In this document: positions 63,587 to 64,000 of the stretch, one piece after another
Layout of the letters: each line of letters opens with the position of its first letter
Numbering within the stretch: position 1 is the first letter of the stretch
Virus record (IMG/VR): IMGVR_UViG_3300007770_001284
Coordinates: 186,001 to 250,000 of that record
Length of the DNA stretch: 64,000 nucleotides
Reading direction: 5' to 3' (one strand)
Notes under the pieces: generated by a model
Told to the model about the DNA's origin: nothing
What the model saw: only the letters and a program-made list of their open reading frames with translations
The model's database searches: none
Translations under genes and position numbers: made by a program

Positions 63587-64000
63587 TGAAAAATAGGTTC
63601 GTCATTTTCTGTGGTCCGATGTTCGGCGGAAAGACGTCGAAGTTGCTCAGCGCGATCGATCGATACAGTTATCAAAAAAGAACAATCCTCGCGTTTAAGC
63701 CCTGCGTTGATGATCGGTATGACAATAATTCCATTGTTACTCACACTGGCGGAAATGTCGCAGCAGCTGTCGTTGACAATGGTGAAGACATCCTTGCTAG
63801 CGTAGAGATCTTTACTTCCCCCATCGTGATTGCGGTTGATGAAGCTTTCATGATACCCGGCTCGGGAAAAGCTTTGGTTGAGCTCTACAACCGCGGTCAC
63901 ACTATACTAATTTCGAGCCTCCAGCTTTCTTCTAGCGGTGAGGCCTATGGTGAAATTGCGCAGATGATGCCATACGCAACAAAGATCGAAATATGTCCCG
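63586..64000 (+). CDS. tdk: Thymidine kinase (runs off the window end)
   Basis: Manual translation: GPMFGGKTS, FKPCVDDRY, IVTH, VIAVDEAFM. Confidence 0.9.
   Translation, partial: MKNRFVIFCGPMFGGKTSKLLSAIDRYSYQKRTILAFKPCVDDRYDNNSIVTHTGGNVAAAVVDNGEDILASVEIFTSPIVIAVDEAFMIPGSGKALVELYNRGHTILISSLQLSSSGEAYGEIAQMMPYATKIEICP

Noticed and set aside
63571-63900. ORFs 63571..63900(-) and 63611..63805(+)
   Set aside because: Shadows of the thymidine kinase frame starting at 63586, missed by the track because it runs off the window
1-64000. Cellular chromosome, or eukaryotic giant virus origin (suggested by MBD4, GSII, GroEL, DnaE)
   Set aside because: SD sites, sigma70 promoters, tmRNA and endolysin indicate a bacterial context; scattered divergent single housekeeping genes among many small ORFans indicate a large phage
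1-64000. Alternative genetic code (stop-codon reassignment)
   Set aside because: Recognisable enzymes are full length in code 11, and TAA, TAG and TGA all end tightly packed genes

Overview
A 64 kb segment of a large (jumbo/huge) tailed bacteriophage genome. It is densely packed, mostly on the + strand, uses standard code 11, and has Shine-Dalgarno sites and ATGA/TAATG gene overlaps. No integrase, rRNA or CRISPR array was seen. Five zones, in order. (1) 0-6.5 kb: auxiliary genes (ClpP-like protease, thioesterase, amidase endolysin, type II glutamine synthetase, an MBD4-like glycosylase, an all-alpha dNTPase). (2) 6.6-18.3 kb: DnaE polymerase embedded in an apparent cytosine hypermodification cluster (dCMP-type thymidylate synthase paralogue, UDP-galactopyranose mutase, two glycosyltransferases, dNMP kinase, NDP-sugar epimerase), followed by an MT-A70 methylase and dCMP deaminase. 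(3) 18.3-30 kb: acidic, probably late/virion proteins plus candidate lysis genes. (4) 30-42.5 kb: nucleases, GroEL, sigma70, peptide deformylase, alarmone hydrolase, a tubulin/FtsZ-family GTPase and a full tmRNA. (5) 42.5-56 kb: an array of unrelated enzyme modules (GNAT, CCA-adding enzyme, several ADP-ribosyltransferase-like domains, 2H phosphoesterase, HAD phosphatases, zincin). These share a short 'LLREY(I/V)REhLxE' peptide, found at N-termini and between domains of apparent polyproteins. The window ends with tRNA-Ile2(CAT) plus TilS, three more tRNAs, an ExbB/ExbD-like trio and a truncated thymidine kinase. The two best candidates for undescribed systems are the LLREY-tagged cargo/polyprotein array and a putative furanosyl (Galf/Araf)-hmC DNA modification pathway with an MBD4-like repair enzyme. 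All calls come from motif recognition by eye; no database searches were run.
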